DNA of 64,000 nt from an uncultured Verrucomicrobiae bacterium (GCA_963837955.1 CAWIPH010000002.1:1728001-1792000), one strand, 5' to 3'. Positions 10,709 through 20,967 are shown, counted from the first letter of the stretch. A program made the numbers and translations. Notes: a model not told the origin generated them from the letters alone.

Positions 10709-10996
10709 GTATGTAGAGCTAGCTGAGAAGCGATGGGCGGCGAATTTGGAGCCGCGTTCTTGCGTTCCACGTGTTCCCTAGCGGTTGTTTTCACTGCTCC
10801 GGCACTGGATCTTCGTGGCTTTGGTTTTCTCAGATGGCAATGCGAGCGGCACATGACGTTCGAGTAATGTTTCTATTCGGCTATACTGGGCAGTAGACAG
10901 ACGGCCAGCTCTTAGCGAGATATTACGAGTTCGGCTGCGCTGGCGGGTCTTGCCTGGTGGTCAAAAGACCGCTAAAACGACGGTGAGCCGCTAAAA

Positions 10997-12190
10997 ATGC
11001 CTGCGACTATAGGAGCAATATCACGGATCGTTGCAACCCCGCTCTGGAGTTCGCAAAGCGTTCACGGTCCTGTCTTTGTGGCTGCCTCTGCGCGTGATAT
11101 TGATTCGAACGTCTGGGCGAACGCCTGGAGTCAGCACGCGAAGGATAGCCGGTTTAACGAGGTCGTGGAGCAGGGCCTGAACGACCAATTCGAACAACGC
11201 TATTTCGTATTGGTGAATTCGCTGCGGGACCAAGTCTGCATCCAGACCTTCTTCGTCGTTAAGCAGGATCTCACCGCCGGACTACCCGAAGGGGTGCGAA
11301 ACACGGTTAGCCGGCTTCGACGGCGATGGCGGTCTCTCTTTTTCATGCAGATGCTGATGGTCGGCAGTCCTGCCGCGGAGGGTCTCCTCGATTGTGAAGA
11401 GCCTTGGGCTGCCGAGGCGTTGCGAACGGCTTTGGAGCAGTATGCGCGGCAAGCGCGCATCGGGTTGGTCTTACTCAAAGACTTTCCAGCGGAGTACCGC
11501 GGATTGCTCAAGGTTTTTACCAAGCAAAATTACAAACGCATTCCTGGCTTGCCTGCGGTCAAGCTGACACTCGATTTTTCCTCATTCGAGGACTTCACGG
11601 CAAAAAAGTTGAGCAAGGTTTACCGGAAAAGCTTGCGCCGAAAGTTTAAGGTCCTGGAGTCATTGCCTCGGGTGACTTTCGAATCTCACAACGGCTGCAC
11701 CGCGGAGCAAGCCGCGGAAATTTTTCCGCTCTACTGGCAAGTCTATCAGCGTGCGAAATTTGTTTTTGAAGTGCTCAACCAGGATTATCTGATTCGGCTC
11801 GGCCAGGCGATGCCGGATAAGATCCGCCTGTTCCTATGGCGACAAGAAGGGCGCTTAATTGCCTTTAATATGGGAATCGTTCACGATGGGATCATCGACG
11901 ATCTTTACGTCGGGTTCGATTATGAAGCCGCGTCCAAGTTGAATCTCTATTTTTTGACTTGGCGAGATGTGATCGAATGGAGTGTTCGGGCCGGATTGAA
12001 GACCTATCGCTCCGGGCCACTTAATTATGACCCGAAGCTTCACTTAAAAATGAGTCTGGTGCCCCAGGATCTCTACGCGCGCCATCTCTCGCCGATTCTG
12101 AATCGTCCGCTGCTGCTGGCTATGAAATGGCTCGGGCCGACGAGGTACGAACCGATTCTAAAAAATTTTCCCAACGCCGACGAGTTGTAG
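10997..12190 (+). CDS. GNAT/FemAB-like acyltransferase (Acetyltransf_6-like)
   Basis: Duplicated GNAT-fold pattern: LxL.FSSFEDF...LS...RKSLRRK, GFDYE...NLYF, SGPLNYDPKL. Confidence 0.75.
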   Translation: MPATIGAISRIVATPLWSSQSVHGPVFVAASARDIDSNVWANAWSQHAKDSRFNEVVEQGLNDQFEQRYFVLVNSLRDQVCIQTFFVVKQDLTAGLPEGVRNTVSRLRRRWRSLFFMQMLMVGSPAAEGLLDCEEPWAAEALRTALEQYARQARIGLVLLKDFPAEYRGLLKVFTKQNYKRIPGLPAVKLTLDFSSFEDFTAKKLSKVYRKSLRRKFKVLESLPRVTFESHNGCTAEQAAEIFPLYWQVYQRAKFVFEVLNQDYLIRLGQAMPDKIRLFLWRQEGRLIAFNMGIVHDGIIDDLYVGFDYEAASKLNLYFLTWRDVIEWSVRAGLKTYRSGPLNYDPKLHLKMSLVPQDLYARHLSPILNRPLLLAMKWLGPTRYEPILKNFPNADEL

Positions 12191-12233
12191 GGAGGTCGGG
12201 AGGCGCTGCCGTAGCGCGAAGATCAGAGGTGGG

Positions 12234-12418
12234 TCCTGGCTCAGGGGTTACAGGACTGTGAGAGGTGAGAAGTGATTGGGGAATGGTGGATGCCTCTCGG
12301 CAAATCCTCGGCAGAAATCTCTCCCGCCCTCTCACTAATCAGTGACACACTCCCCTGAGGCTGGCTTGTCCGCCGTAGTTTGTGGGTTCGGGGGAACGAA
12401 GGCGGAAGCATCAGGCTA
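12234..12418. repeat. MITE-like palindromic element (family B) with nested REP; its end supplies the desaturase stop codon
   Basis: CCTGGCTCAGG left arm, GTGAGAG/GTGAGAA/GTGATTG heptamers, right end ...GCATCAGGCTA; shared with 15207-15366 and 26629-26817. Confidence 0.75.
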
Positions 12419-13309
12419 CACCTTTGATACCTCGCCGGACGGGACTGCCGTTTTCGGCTTCTCCTTGTTCAAATCCGGATCAAGGAAGCCGAGCGCGTGC
12501 GGCGGCTTAATCACTCGAACTCCAGCCTTTTTCTGCTCCTCCACAATCTGCTGGTGGAGCTCATGCATCTTGGTCCAATGCACTTTTGGCTTGTAATGAT
12601 GTTCGGCGTGGTAGCCGTTGTTAAACCAGATCAAGTTATAGAGCTTGTCGTAACTACTGACGCCCCAAGCAATCGGCTCGTCCGGATTTCCGCCATAATG
12701 GCGGTAGTAGCCGTTCAGATAAGACAGACAGTGCCCGAAGTAATAGAACGGCAAATAGAAAAGCATAAATTGCCAGTTCAAGAAGAAGCCGATGATGACG
12801 AGAGTCACCCATGAGCCGATTTCGAGTACGCCGAAGTAAGCATTGAAAGCGTTACGTTTCTTCACTTCTTTGAAGATCGCTTTGGGATCGTCTCGGAAAT
12901 AGCTCAAGAAAACATAGGACCAGACATTCTCCGCTTCGTGTTCGTGGCCATGTTTATAGATAGAAATGGGATCGACCGTTTCGCCCTCCTCGTCCGGATA
13001 ATCACTGTTTCCTTGATGATGTTTGAGATGGATCAGATGATAGAACTGTTGCGAATAACCCATCGTCACGGAGAGCAACCAGCTAAAGAATCGATTGGCT
13101 GGTTTCCATTTAAAGTATGGATTGTGGATGAAATTGTGAGCGATCCCGTTGATATTCCAAGAAATGCTGACGGAGTAAATAAAACCCAAGATCAGCATGA
13201 TCCACAGCGGAGTGTGTGGAAACAAAAGGAACATGGAAATCACGAACCCGGTATGCGCAAATGCGGAAACCACGGGGATCCAATCTTTGGAGTGGGCCAA
13301 AATCTTCAT
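12416..13309 (-). CDS. Fatty acid/sphingolipid desaturase family protein
   Basis: His boxes HNFIH, HLIHLKHH, YHAEHH and hydrophobic segments. Confidence 0.88.
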   Translation of the reverse strand: MKILAHSKDWIPVVSAFAHTGFVISMFLLFPHTPLWIMLILGFIYSVSISWNINGIAHNFIHNPYFKWKPANRFFSWLLSVTMGYSQQFYHLIHLKHHQGNSDYPDEEGETVDPISIYKHGHEHEAENVWSYVFLSYFRDDPKAIFKEVKKRNAFNAYFGVLEIGSWVTLVIIGFFLNWQFMLFYLPFYYFGHCLSYLNGYYRHYGGNPDEPIAWGVSSYDKLYNLIWFNNGYHAEHHYKPKVHWTKMHELHQQIVEEQKKAGVRVIKPPHALGFLDPDLNKEKPKTAVPSGEVSKV

Positions 13310-13407
13310 ATAGCCGTTGACACCATCACCATTATGGTAAACGAAAAGAGTTGCAACCCACTTCCGAAGAGGTCGTCAGTAATTTACTGAGTTGTAATAT
13401 TTCAAAA

Positions 13408-13848
13408 ATGCCGCTTGTTACGCCCGAACCCGCTACCTCGCCGAAGCATCTCGATCCTCCTCCTAAGCGTGCATGGTTTTTCAACCCTTACCTCCAGATC
13501 GCAATCAGTGTCCTGCTCAACGCGACGGCTCAGATCTTCATTAAAATCGGCACCGAGCAGGCTTCAAATCAGTCGCCTCTAGTCCTTGCTTATCTGACCT
13601 CCGGCGCCATGTGGGTTGGGATTGCGGCGATGGTGATCGGACTTGTTTCTTGGCTTTACGCGCTCAAATCGATTCCGTTGACGATCGCCTTCACTTTGGC
13701 AGCCGCTACCCAAGTGATTGTTCCGCTTGGGTGTTGGCTCTTCCTGGGGGAACAAATATCACTCTTACGCTGGGGCGGTATTTTCCTCGTCACCTTCGGT
13801 GTTCTTCTAGTCGCTCAACCGCTCTCGAAAATCGAGGAACGACTATGA
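13408..13848 (+). CDS. SMR/EamA-family small membrane transporter (ArnE/F-like), subunit 1
   Basis: 4 TM helices; AQIFIKIG, WLYALKSIPLTIAF, FLGEQISLLRWGG. Confidence 0.8.
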   Translation: MPLVTPEPATSPKHLDPPPKRAWFFNPYLQIAISVLLNATAQIFIKIGTEQASNQSPLVLAYLTSGAMWVGIAAMVIGLVSWLYALKSIPLTIAFTLAAATQVIVPLGCWLFLGEQISLLRWGGIFLVTFGVLLVAQPLSKIEERL

Positions 13849-14183
13849 ACCCTTTTTATTTCCTCTTGCTCTTGGTATCGAACGCTAGCTCGATTGCCGG
13901 GCAGATCTTTTTTAAGCACGGCATGGGCGACACCGTCCAAATGGCGGGTTGGCAAAGAGTATCTTGGGTTGGAACTGGAATCGCTGCGAAAGCTCTTAGT
14001 TTTTTTTGCTGGATCGGGCTCCTTGCCCGTTTTGAGCTCAGCTACATCTATCCGTTTGAAGCCTTAGATCCGATATTTGTCGCCCTTGCGGCTGCCCTTT
14101 TCTTGAGAGAGAAGCTCAATCTTCGGCTCCTCCTAGGGATCTCAATTATTTGTATTGGGATTGCTGTTGTGTCGACAACGTAG
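13845..14183 (+). CDS. SMR/EamA-family small membrane transporter (ArnE/F-like), subunit 2
   Basis: ATGA overlap with previous gene; GQIFFK, ELSYIYPF, FLREKL motifs. Confidence 0.8.
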   Translation: MNPFYFLLLLVSNASSIAGQIFFKHGMGDTVQMAGWQRVSWVGTGIAAKALSFFCWIGLLARFELSYIYPFEALDPIFVALAAALFLREKLNLRLLLGISIICIGIAVVSTT

Positions 14184-14263
14184 CAACGGTAGTGCGGATG
14201 CTCCCGCCTCCGCCATGCGCCGCGAATGGTCGAGCGCTCGATGCCGGAGCCAGAGGATCCGGA

Positions 14264-15121
14264 CTACGCTTCCGAACCGACCAAGGCCGGCCAGATTTTC
14301 TCCACAGCGCGCCTATTTTGTTGGGAAGCAAGCGCAGGATCGGGCACCGGTTTTTTGGGGTGATCAATCCGCGCGGTCCTTCGCTGGGTCCATCGCGCGT
14401 AGCTAGCGGGTGAATGTGCACCGCAGATATCTCCGCCGACGATCAATGAACCACGTCGAATTTCTGCAATGGCCCAAACCAGGTCATCGGTAGTGAAAAG
14501 ACCTTGCTCCCAATCGGTCACCGCGTCTTCCGGGGTTAGGCAATCAAAGTCCACGGTGATGTATACGTGTCTACCCTTCAGTGTCTCGACAAATTGGCAG
14601 AATTTTCTTCGCCAATTTTCGGCGTCGATGCCGGTCCAACGCTGGCGGGCGGACTTGCCGAACCGCTCAATCCAGGGCCAGACTTCGAGGCGACCCGACT
14701 GAAGGGCCGCACGATTGGCAAACCAGCGGTGGGGGGGATTCAGCTCGAAGTTTGCGCAGCCCCATATTGCCACCCGGGTTATCGGCGCACTCTCCAAAGC
14801 CCTGTTCATCCAGGTCCCACAGCACCAATAAGGCGGTCGCGTGTCCCAATCCGGATGATTATCAAACGAAACCAGGATAAACGGTTCCCGTAACTGGCGG
14901 ACCCAGAGACCGGTGAGGTGGTGAAAATCACCTGATCCATAAAGCGTAAAGGGCGTTACTTTGCTTCGAATCTCGTCCCAAAACGCGTTGATGAGTCGAG
15001 CGGGAGCGCAATAGCGGAGTTGAGGGCCCCAGTTGAGGCAATTCTGGACCTGCGAGATGCCAGCCGTGCCAACCTCCCATGCGCGATCCAGGTCGATCAT
15101 CTGGCCTTGAGCGTTTCTCAT
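14264..15121 (-). CDS. Arginase/ureohydrolase-fold metallohydrolase
   Basis: GSGDFHHL, FDNHPD, YITVDFD, GGDICG; start moved to ATG 15121 because the longer ORF only translates upstream repeats. Confidence 0.8.
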   Translation of the reverse strand: MRNAQGQMIDLDRAWEVGTAGISQVQNCLNWGPQLRYCAPARLINAFWDEIRSKVTPFTLYGSGDFHHLTGLWVRQLREPFILVSFDNHPDWDTRPPYWCCGTWMNRALESAPITRVAIWGCANFELNPPHRWFANRAALQSGRLEVWPWIERFGKSARQRWTGIDAENWRRKFCQFVETLKGRHVYITVDFDCLTPEDAVTDWEQGLFTTDDLVWAIAEIRRGSLIVGGDICGAHSPASYARWTQRRTARIDHPKKPVPDPALASQQNRRAVEKIWPALVGSEA

Positions 15122-15135
15122 GCGAAGGCAGAATG

Positions 15136-15184
15136 AAATAGCAGTTAACAGATAGCAAATAGCAGATAGCAGATAGCAAATAAG
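15136..15184. repeat. Heptamer tandem repeat (A[A/G]ATAGC, 7 imperfect units)
   Basis: AAATAGC AGTTAAC AGATAGC AAATAGC AGATAGC AGATAGC AAATAAG. Confidence 0.85.
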
Positions 15185-15206
15185 ATGCAGCCGATGCCGC
15201 AACGAT

Positions 15207-15366
15207 TGTGAAAGGTGAGAAGTGATTGGTGAATGGTAGGAGAATTCTGCTCGAGGATTTGCCGATAGGCGTTCACCATTCACTAATCACCGACACGCTC
15301 CCTGAGGCTGGCCTGTCCGCCGTAGTTTGTGGGTTTGGGGAAGACGAAGGAGGAAGCATCAGGCTA
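15207..15366. repeat. MITE-like element (family B) with nested REP
   Basis: Right part nearly identical to 12333-12418 (CACTAATCA..GACAC..CCTGAGGCTGGC.TGTCCGCCGTAGTTTGTGGG...GGAAGCATCAGGCTA). Confidence 0.75.
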
Positions 15367-15455
15367 CTTTGCAACGATAGTGAAGGCGACGGCTGACAAG
15401 TCCAGTCTCGCTGAACGAAAATCCCTACCGTATTCTGTATTGCCTATTCTCTAAG

Positions 15456-16664
15456 ATGATTTCTCTCCAAGACATTCAAGCTGCGAAGAAACGCATCAAG
15501 AGCGGTATCTACTATTCCCCTTGCCCCGTTTCCGGTCAGCTCTCTGAATTTGTCGGGGCGGAGATCTTTTGCAAACTGGACCATTTACAGCGGACTGGCA
15601 GCTTCAAGGAACGGGGTGCGCGGAACGCGCTCCTGCTGTTGGATTCGCCTCGCCGGGAGAAAGGTGTCGTTGCGGCATCGGCGGGGAATCACGCTCTGGG
15701 CTTGGCGTACCACGGCAAACTGCTGGGGATCCCCGTGACCGTCGTCATGCCAGAAACAGCACCGCTGATTAAGATCACGAGCTGTCAAAGGCTCGGCGCA
15801 AACGTGTTGATTCGCGGAAAGGACTTTGCGGAAGCGCGAGCATTCGCCGACGGGCTCGTCCTCGATGAAGGTCTCACGTATATTCACGGATACGATGATT
15901 GGGAGATAATTGCCGGCCAAGGAACGATGGGACTTGAAATTCTTGACCAGGTACCTGACCTCGATGCGATCGTGGTCCCGATTGGTGGCGCCGGCCTAAT
16001 CGCGGGAATCGGGTTAGCGGTCAAAAGTTTGCGGCCTGAGGTCCAAATCATCGGGGTCGAAGCGGAAAATACGCCCAGTTTCGCGGAGGCGTTGAGGGTG
16101 GGTAAACCGGTCCGGGTCACTAACCATCCGACCTTAGCAGATGGGCTGGCTGTACCCGAAGTTGGAACCAACTCTTTTTCGTTAGCCAAGCGATACGTTG
16201 ATCAATTGGTGCTGGTGTCCGAAGATGAGATCGCCCTCGCGATTCTACGGATTATCGAACTGGAAAAAAGTGTTGTGGAAGGTTCAGCGGCGGCGACGCT
16301 AGCTGCTTTGCTCAGTGGTAAGTTGCCCGAACTCGCCGGAAAAAAGGTAGTTCTCCCGTTTTGCGGTGGGAACATCGATCCGGGTATTTTGAACCGGGTC
16401 ATCGAAAAAGGCTTGGTAGCAGACAATCGTCTTTTTCGTTTCACGGCGACGATCAGCGACCGGCCTGGCGGATTAGCTGCGCTCACCCACGTGATTGCCT
16501 CGGCCGGAGCGAGCGTAAAGGAGATTACTCATGATCGCACATTCGCCCGAACGGAAATGGCGGCCGTGCAGGTTATTTGTATCGTCGAAACGCGAGACCG
16601 GGAACATATCGCCGAACTGCAGCGAGCGCTCAAAGAAAGCGGTATCCGGTGCGATCAGAGGTGA
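15456..16664 (+). CDS. ilvA: Threonine ammonia-lyase (short form with one ACT domain)
   Basis: QRTGSFKERGA PLP-lysine motif, SAGNH, PIGGAGL, GGNID, C-terminal DRPGGL ACT domain. Confidence 0.92.
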   Translation: MISLQDIQAAKKRIKSGIYYSPCPVSGQLSEFVGAEIFCKLDHLQRTGSFKERGARNALLLLDSPRREKGVVAASAGNHALGLAYHGKLLGIPVTVVMPETAPLIKITSCQRLGANVLIRGKDFAEARAFADGLVLDEGLTYIHGYDDWEIIAGQGTMGLEILDQVPDLDAIVVPIGGAGLIAGIGLAVKSLRPEVQIIGVEAENTPSFAEALRVGKPVRVTNHPTLADGLAVPEVGTNSFSLAKRYVDQLVLVSEDEIALAILRIIELEKSVVEGSAAATLAALLSGKLPELAGKKVVLPFCGGNIDPGILNRVIEKGLVADNRLFRFTATISDRPGGLAALTHVIASAGASVKEITHDRTFARTEMAAVQVICIVETRDREHIAELQRALKESGIRCDQR

Positions 16665-16699
16665 AGAGGGTGGTGATGCTCCGCCTCCCGCGTCTCTGC

Positions 16700-17395
16700 C
16701 TACCAATTGATTTCTTTTCGATCTCGGAAAAATTTGCCCGAAAGCTTGGCGGAAGCTTCGGTTGCGAGCCAGACGGCGGTATCAGCCCCCTGTTCGACTG
16801 ACCGGGAAGCGCCTGGTCCACCCATATCCGTTCGTACCCAGCCTGGGCACGTCGCATTAACGGAAATACCTTCGGCTTGAAGCTTCTGATGTAACATCAG
16901 CGTCATTCCGTTAAGGGCTAACTTGGAGAGACAGTAGCTTGGGACATCCGCCGACAAGCCATCGAGCTCTCCGTATCCGCTCGAGACGTTGATCACGCGG
17001 GCAGATCCGGCCTTTCTCAAATATGGCAAAAAGTCTTGGACTACGCGTATTGCGCCAAACGTGTTGGTTTGAAACGTAGCTACGAGTTGCTCCCGCGTGA
17101 TGCTGAGGATATTGGCACCTTCATCCGGGTAAATGCCCGCGTTATTCACCAGAACATCGAGGTGATCATGATTGTCACCGAATTCTTGGGCAGCTCGCCG
17201 GATACTGGTATCGTCAGAAACGTCCAGTGCTTGGAAACTGACGTCACCGCCCAGTTTTGCGGCTGCACGTTGACCGGCGTCAAGGTTTCGCGCGGTTAAT
17301 ATGACCTGGAAACCTCGCTGGGAGAGTTGTCGCACGATTTCGAATCCGATTCCTTTGTTGGCGCCGGTCACGCATACGATTTTCTTGGATGGCAT
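16700..17395 (-). CDS. SDR family oxidoreductase (carbonyl reductase-like)
   Basis: TGANKGIG, NNAG, YCLSK, PGWVRTDMGG; start ATG 17395. Confidence 0.92.
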   Translation of the reverse strand: MPSKKIVCVTGANKGIGFEIVRQLSQRGFQVILTARNLDAGQRAAAKLGGDVSFQALDVSDDTSIRRAAQEFGDNHDHLDVLVNNAGIYPDEGANILSITREQLVATFQTNTFGAIRVVQDFLPYLRKAGSARVINVSSGYGELDGLSADVPSYCLSKLALNGMTLMLHQKLQAEGISVNATCPGWVRTDMGGPGASRSVEQGADTAVWLATEASAKLSGKFFRDRKEINW

Positions 17396-17426
17396 CGAAT
17401 AATGATCACTAATCAATAACAATTGG

Positions 17427-19658
17427 CTATTGGTTATCGGGCGAAGGGGAGGGGGATGCGTCTGGGAGTTCCGGTAACCAACGTGTTTTTTTGGCTTCTT
17501 GTCCGAGTGCGGTTTTCTCGCATCGGTTGACCAACGCTTCGTAAAAACGGTTGGCCGCGGTGTCATCCCATTTTTTCAACCAGGTACCGGCGGTGGCGAG
17601 GATCAAGGCTGTTTCATCGGAGTTATCTGGCATCAGCCGGGCAGCAGACCACGCAAGATCGGCTGCGACGTAACGATAATGGAACCGTTTATCCGGGACG
17701 ACCTTATTCTGCCTCAGCTGCTGTTGTTCCCGGGCGGTTGCAGCGATGACCAGGGGAAGTTTCGAGGTCGTTTTTGTTTCGCCGGTGTTGTCTTCTAAAG
17801 CATTTTGATCGCTATAGTACCCGCGTAGGCGCTCTCCGGCTATGTCCTCCGACTGGAACGAACCGTCCCAGATAGCAAAGTCAGGTTCATTCTCGGTTCC
17901 TCTCAACTCCATTCCGTGTTCGCGCATGACTTGAGCCGCGGACCAAAGTGCATTGGCCTTGTCCTTGGGAGATGTCGCCTTGTTCTGGGCAGTTTTGACC
18001 GAAGCGACGTACTGATCCAAAAAAGTCCGTTGCTCGGCAGGTAGATAAGCAAGAGCCTCCTGATATCGTTCAGCGCGAACCAGCCGGCGACCGAGCAACC
18101 AGCGCATTCGATTCGCTCGATCTGCCCTTGCTTTCTCCTCTTCCATTTGGGGTGTCATTATCTCGTCATCGGTAGCTGACACCTTGTTCTCCAGCGGGTA
18201 CTCTTTGTCGACTAGCGCTTTCAGCTCATCTAACGCTAGTACCCGCTCGGCGACGTAGGCTGCATCTTGCCAATTGTCATTGTCGAGAAATTGATGGAAA
18301 GCGTCCTGGAACTCGCCGCGGGAGAGGAGCAGCAATCCGAGATCACCGCTAGGTCGACTGATCTTTTCGACGTTACTATCTATCTCACGCGATTCGAGTC
18401 CGGATATTTTTGGGGAAAGATGGACTGCGCGGGAAAGTGCTTTGATCGCGTCACCAGTCTTGCCCGCCCGAAAATCTAACTTGGCCTTGAGCCAGAGACT
18501 CATTGCTGAGTCGGGATCAGCCAGGTTCAACCATCGCTGGGCCGCAGCATAATGGCCATTGCCGTACTCAATCCAGCCAAGGACATCGGCACACTCAACG
18601 TGCGAAAGATGGAGACGCTCAATGGCCTGTAGCCATTTTTCAACCTGTTCGTCCTTCTTGACCGGCCCCGGATTGTACTCGGACATCAGCCCCGCCAGGA
18701 TATAGGCTGAGATTACCGGACGTAGAACCGGATCTCGGGCCTCCGGAAATTCGGTATTTGTGTTTGGAGTTGGGGAAGGGGTCGGTGTCACATTTCCGTT
18801 GGCGCCCGCCTTTGCTGGCGTCCACTCAAAGTCTTTCTCCGGACCAACGATTTTTCCGGCAACGACTTCCAGCGACATGACCGAAGTGACGTCACCAGTG
18901 GCGAGCGCTTGCAAATAGAGTTTGGCGCTTTCCGAAAGACTCTTCTGTTCCAAGGCGGCGTACCCTTCCCACCCGAGACTGGCGGCCGCGAGCCCAACAG
19001 AGTCGACGAATTTGCTCGCCACGAGTTCGCGCGTTTGGCGGAACCACTGTTTTGCGTCGTCGTATTTTTTCTCAACCAAGTCCATCTTGCCGAGCATAAA
19101 AGTTGCCCAAGTGGAACGGTATTGGCGTTGCTCGGGCGGCAGGGCCAGGAGCTCTTTCCAGACCTGTCGCGCCCGTCCGTAGTCCTGCGCCGAGTAGTAA
19201 AGAGCTCCGCGATGATACAGTGAAAATTCGCTGGAAAATTCTTCAGTAGGCTCGGACGACTGGCCGGCGGTGCCTCCGATGTAAACGCGCGCGGCTCGGT
19301 GTTGCGCTTTCGCTTTCTCGACGTCAGGAGGTTTAATTTCTCCAGCCTTGATAGCTGCACTGAAATCGTTCTCATCGGCCTCCGCAGTCTGTTTGGAGTA
19401 AAGGGTATCGGTCTGGGTGTGATCTTCGACGTTTGGTTCGCCGGGTGGCCGGACTGTCTGGAACGGAACCGGATATTTTTTGGCGAGCTCTTTGGTTTCA
19501 AGTTCGAAAAAGAATTCCGGAGCTCCTTCGATCGAAGATCCGCCTTGACCAAGGAGCCGCTCCGGTAGCCAGGGCCCGCAGGCTCGAGCGCTACGGGGGA
19601 GAATCAGAAGGGCGAACCAGATGGCGACTGACGGGCTAATCAATCGAGTAATCTGCAT
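17427..19658 (-). CDS. Large secreted TPR-like alpha-helical protein, partner of DUF3142
   Basis: Signal peptide ending ARA-CGP; TPR-like helical repeats; KRFHYRY motif near the C-terminus; overlaps the upstream gene. Confidence 0.7.
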   Translation of the reverse strand: MQITRLISPSVAIWFALLILPRSARACGPWLPERLLGQGGSSIEGAPEFFFELETKELAKKYPVPFQTVRPPGEPNVEDHTQTDTLYSKQTAEADENDFSAAIKAGEIKPPDVEKAKAQHRAARVYIGGTAGQSSEPTEEFSSEFSLYHRGALYYSAQDYGRARQVWKELLALPPEQRQYRSTWATFMLGKMDLVEKKYDDAKQWFRQTRELVASKFVDSVGLAAASLGWEGYAALEQKSLSESAKLYLQALATGDVTSVMSLEVVAGKIVGPEKDFEWTPAKAGANGNVTPTPSPTPNTNTEFPEARDPVLRPVISAYILAGLMSEYNPGPVKKDEQVEKWLQAIERLHLSHVECADVLGWIEYGNGHYAAAQRWLNLADPDSAMSLWLKAKLDFRAGKTGDAIKALSRAVHLSPKISGLESREIDSNVEKISRPSGDLGLLLLSRGEFQDAFHQFLDNDNWQDAAYVAERVLALDELKALVDKEYPLENKVSATDDEIMTPQMEEEKARADRANRMRWLLGRRLVRAERYQEALAYLPAEQRTFLDQYVASVKTAQNKATSPKDKANALWSAAQVMREHGMELRGTENEPDFAIWDGSFQSEDIAGERLRGYYSDQNALEDNTGETKTTSKLPLVIAATAREQQQLRQNKVVPDKRFHYRYVAADLAWSAARLMPDNSDETALILATAGTWLKKWDDTAANRFYEALVNRCEKTALGQEAKKTRWLPELPDASPSPSPDNQ

Positions 19659-20967
19659 GAACCTCGGTGGGTTGATCAAACAGCAGCCATCCTATATTGC
19701 GCTGCTCACCCGGCGGCAAGCGCATTCGATCATAGCCTGGCTCGCGCTGCAACGAAATGGAGGTGCCGGTTCGGTTCTGGAGGGAGAAACCCCTTAACGC
19801 ATCGGAAGAGATCAATTTTGCCGATTGCCACGTTAGGTCGATTCTCGCTGGCAGTGGTTCATCCATCTCGCCTGAGTTCTCCAAGACGAGGTCGGTCGGC
19901 TGCTCGCCGCTCGCTCGGATGCTCACTTTCCGAGTTGGTTCGGTGCCGGAGGCGACTTTCATTAGGGTGACCATCCGCCAATTCATTTGATCGTTGGCTA
20001 TGGGCAATCGGTACCAAATAAGTCCAGTCAGTTCTGCTGGATGATCTCCCTCCCATTTTCGGACCAAATCAGCAAGTGCTATGGGGTCGGACCGCAGCAT
20101 TTCAAGTCGAACATCCTTAGGCCAAATCGCCAATGGGGCCTCCGCGGACAATCCAATGAGTTTACCGGACGCGTCGAAGGCAACCAGGCAGGAGTAGGTG
20201 GGTAGGGCGACTCGAAACGGTACACCTGTGTGCGCGGCAAGCTCGGCCCATTCCGCGGCTTTTCGTGGATCACAAAGCGGCGTCGGGGTGTTAGGATCGG
20301 CCGGCTTCTCGACCGAATGAACCTGCAGGATGAACCCTCCTGCTTCTCGGGCGAGCGGCCCAAACTCGGTACGTTTCAACCAACTGGGCAGCGCGGTGAT
20401 ATGTAGCGGAATCGGGGCGATCGTTTCCCGGATGGCCCGGACCCAGGTGCGGTAACCAGCAAGCTTAGACTCCGGGCAATCGAAATCGACCTGGAGTTCA
20501 GTTAAAGTGAGGCCGTGGCTCTGAAAATCGCCGCTGATCCCCTTCGCGACCCGGCAAATTTTTTGGGCGACCAGATCGTTTGATTGGAAAGGACCGGAAT
20601 ATCCATCAATCCGTAGAACGGCGCCGACAGCACCATGGGAGCTCTTGAGAGCGGCAAAATCGATCGGAACTTGCAACACCGTCGGGGAACCGTCATGCCA
20701 ACCGATCTCATCGACCATCGGTAAAAACGACCGGAAGTCTTCGGCTGCGGAGATGACCGCGCTGGTGACTTGGGAATTCCAGGTGCGCTGCCAAATGTAG
20801 ACATCGGGTTTGGCGAACCCCTGGCTACTCACTCTTTTCTGACAGGCTGCCAATCCGAACAAAATGGAAATGCCGCCAACGAAACCGAGCAAAAGAGACC
20901 CGCCCCTCAGGCGCGTGAGAGCTTCTGGTTGTTGGCGATTAACCACTGGGGAAGCGGGATTACCCAT
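19636..20967 (-). CDS. DUF3142 family protein (GH18-like TIM barrel), possible lipoprotein
   Basis: YIWQR, LQVDFDCP..L..Y, ITALPSW, ILQVH, VALPTY, IWYRLP...D..NW; LAAC lipobox-like sequence. Confidence 0.8.
   Translation of the reverse strand: MGNPASPVVNRQQPEALTRLRGGSLLLGFVGGISILFGLAACQKRVSSQGFAKPDVYIWQRTWNSQVTSAVISAAEDFRSFLPMVDEIGWHDGSPTVLQVPIDFAALKSSHGAVGAVLRIDGYSGPFQSNDLVAQKICRVAKGISGDFQSHGLTLTELQVDFDCPESKLAGYRTWVRAIRETIAPIPLHITALPSWLKRTEFGPLAREAGGFILQVHSVEKPADPNTPTPLCDPRKAAEWAELAAHTGVPFRVALPTYSCLVAFDASGKLIGLSAEAPLAIWPKDVRLEMLRSDPIALADLVRKWEGDHPAELTGLIWYRLPIANDQMNWRMVTLMKVASGTEPTRKVSIRASGEQPTDLVLENSGEMDEPLPARIDLTWQSAKLISSDALRGFSLQNRTGTSISLQREPGYDRMRLPPGEQRNIGWLLFDQPTEVHADYSID

Noticed and set aside
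15122..15283. N-terminal extension of the ureohydrolase ORF (LICYLLSAICYLL...)
   Set aside because: It is only the translation of heptamer repeats and a MITE.
18788..19552. Long alternative-frame and antisense ORFs (also 22088-22852, 33592-34206, 42602-43264)
   Set aside because: They overlap well-supported genes and lack motifs; expected shadow ORFs at this GC content.
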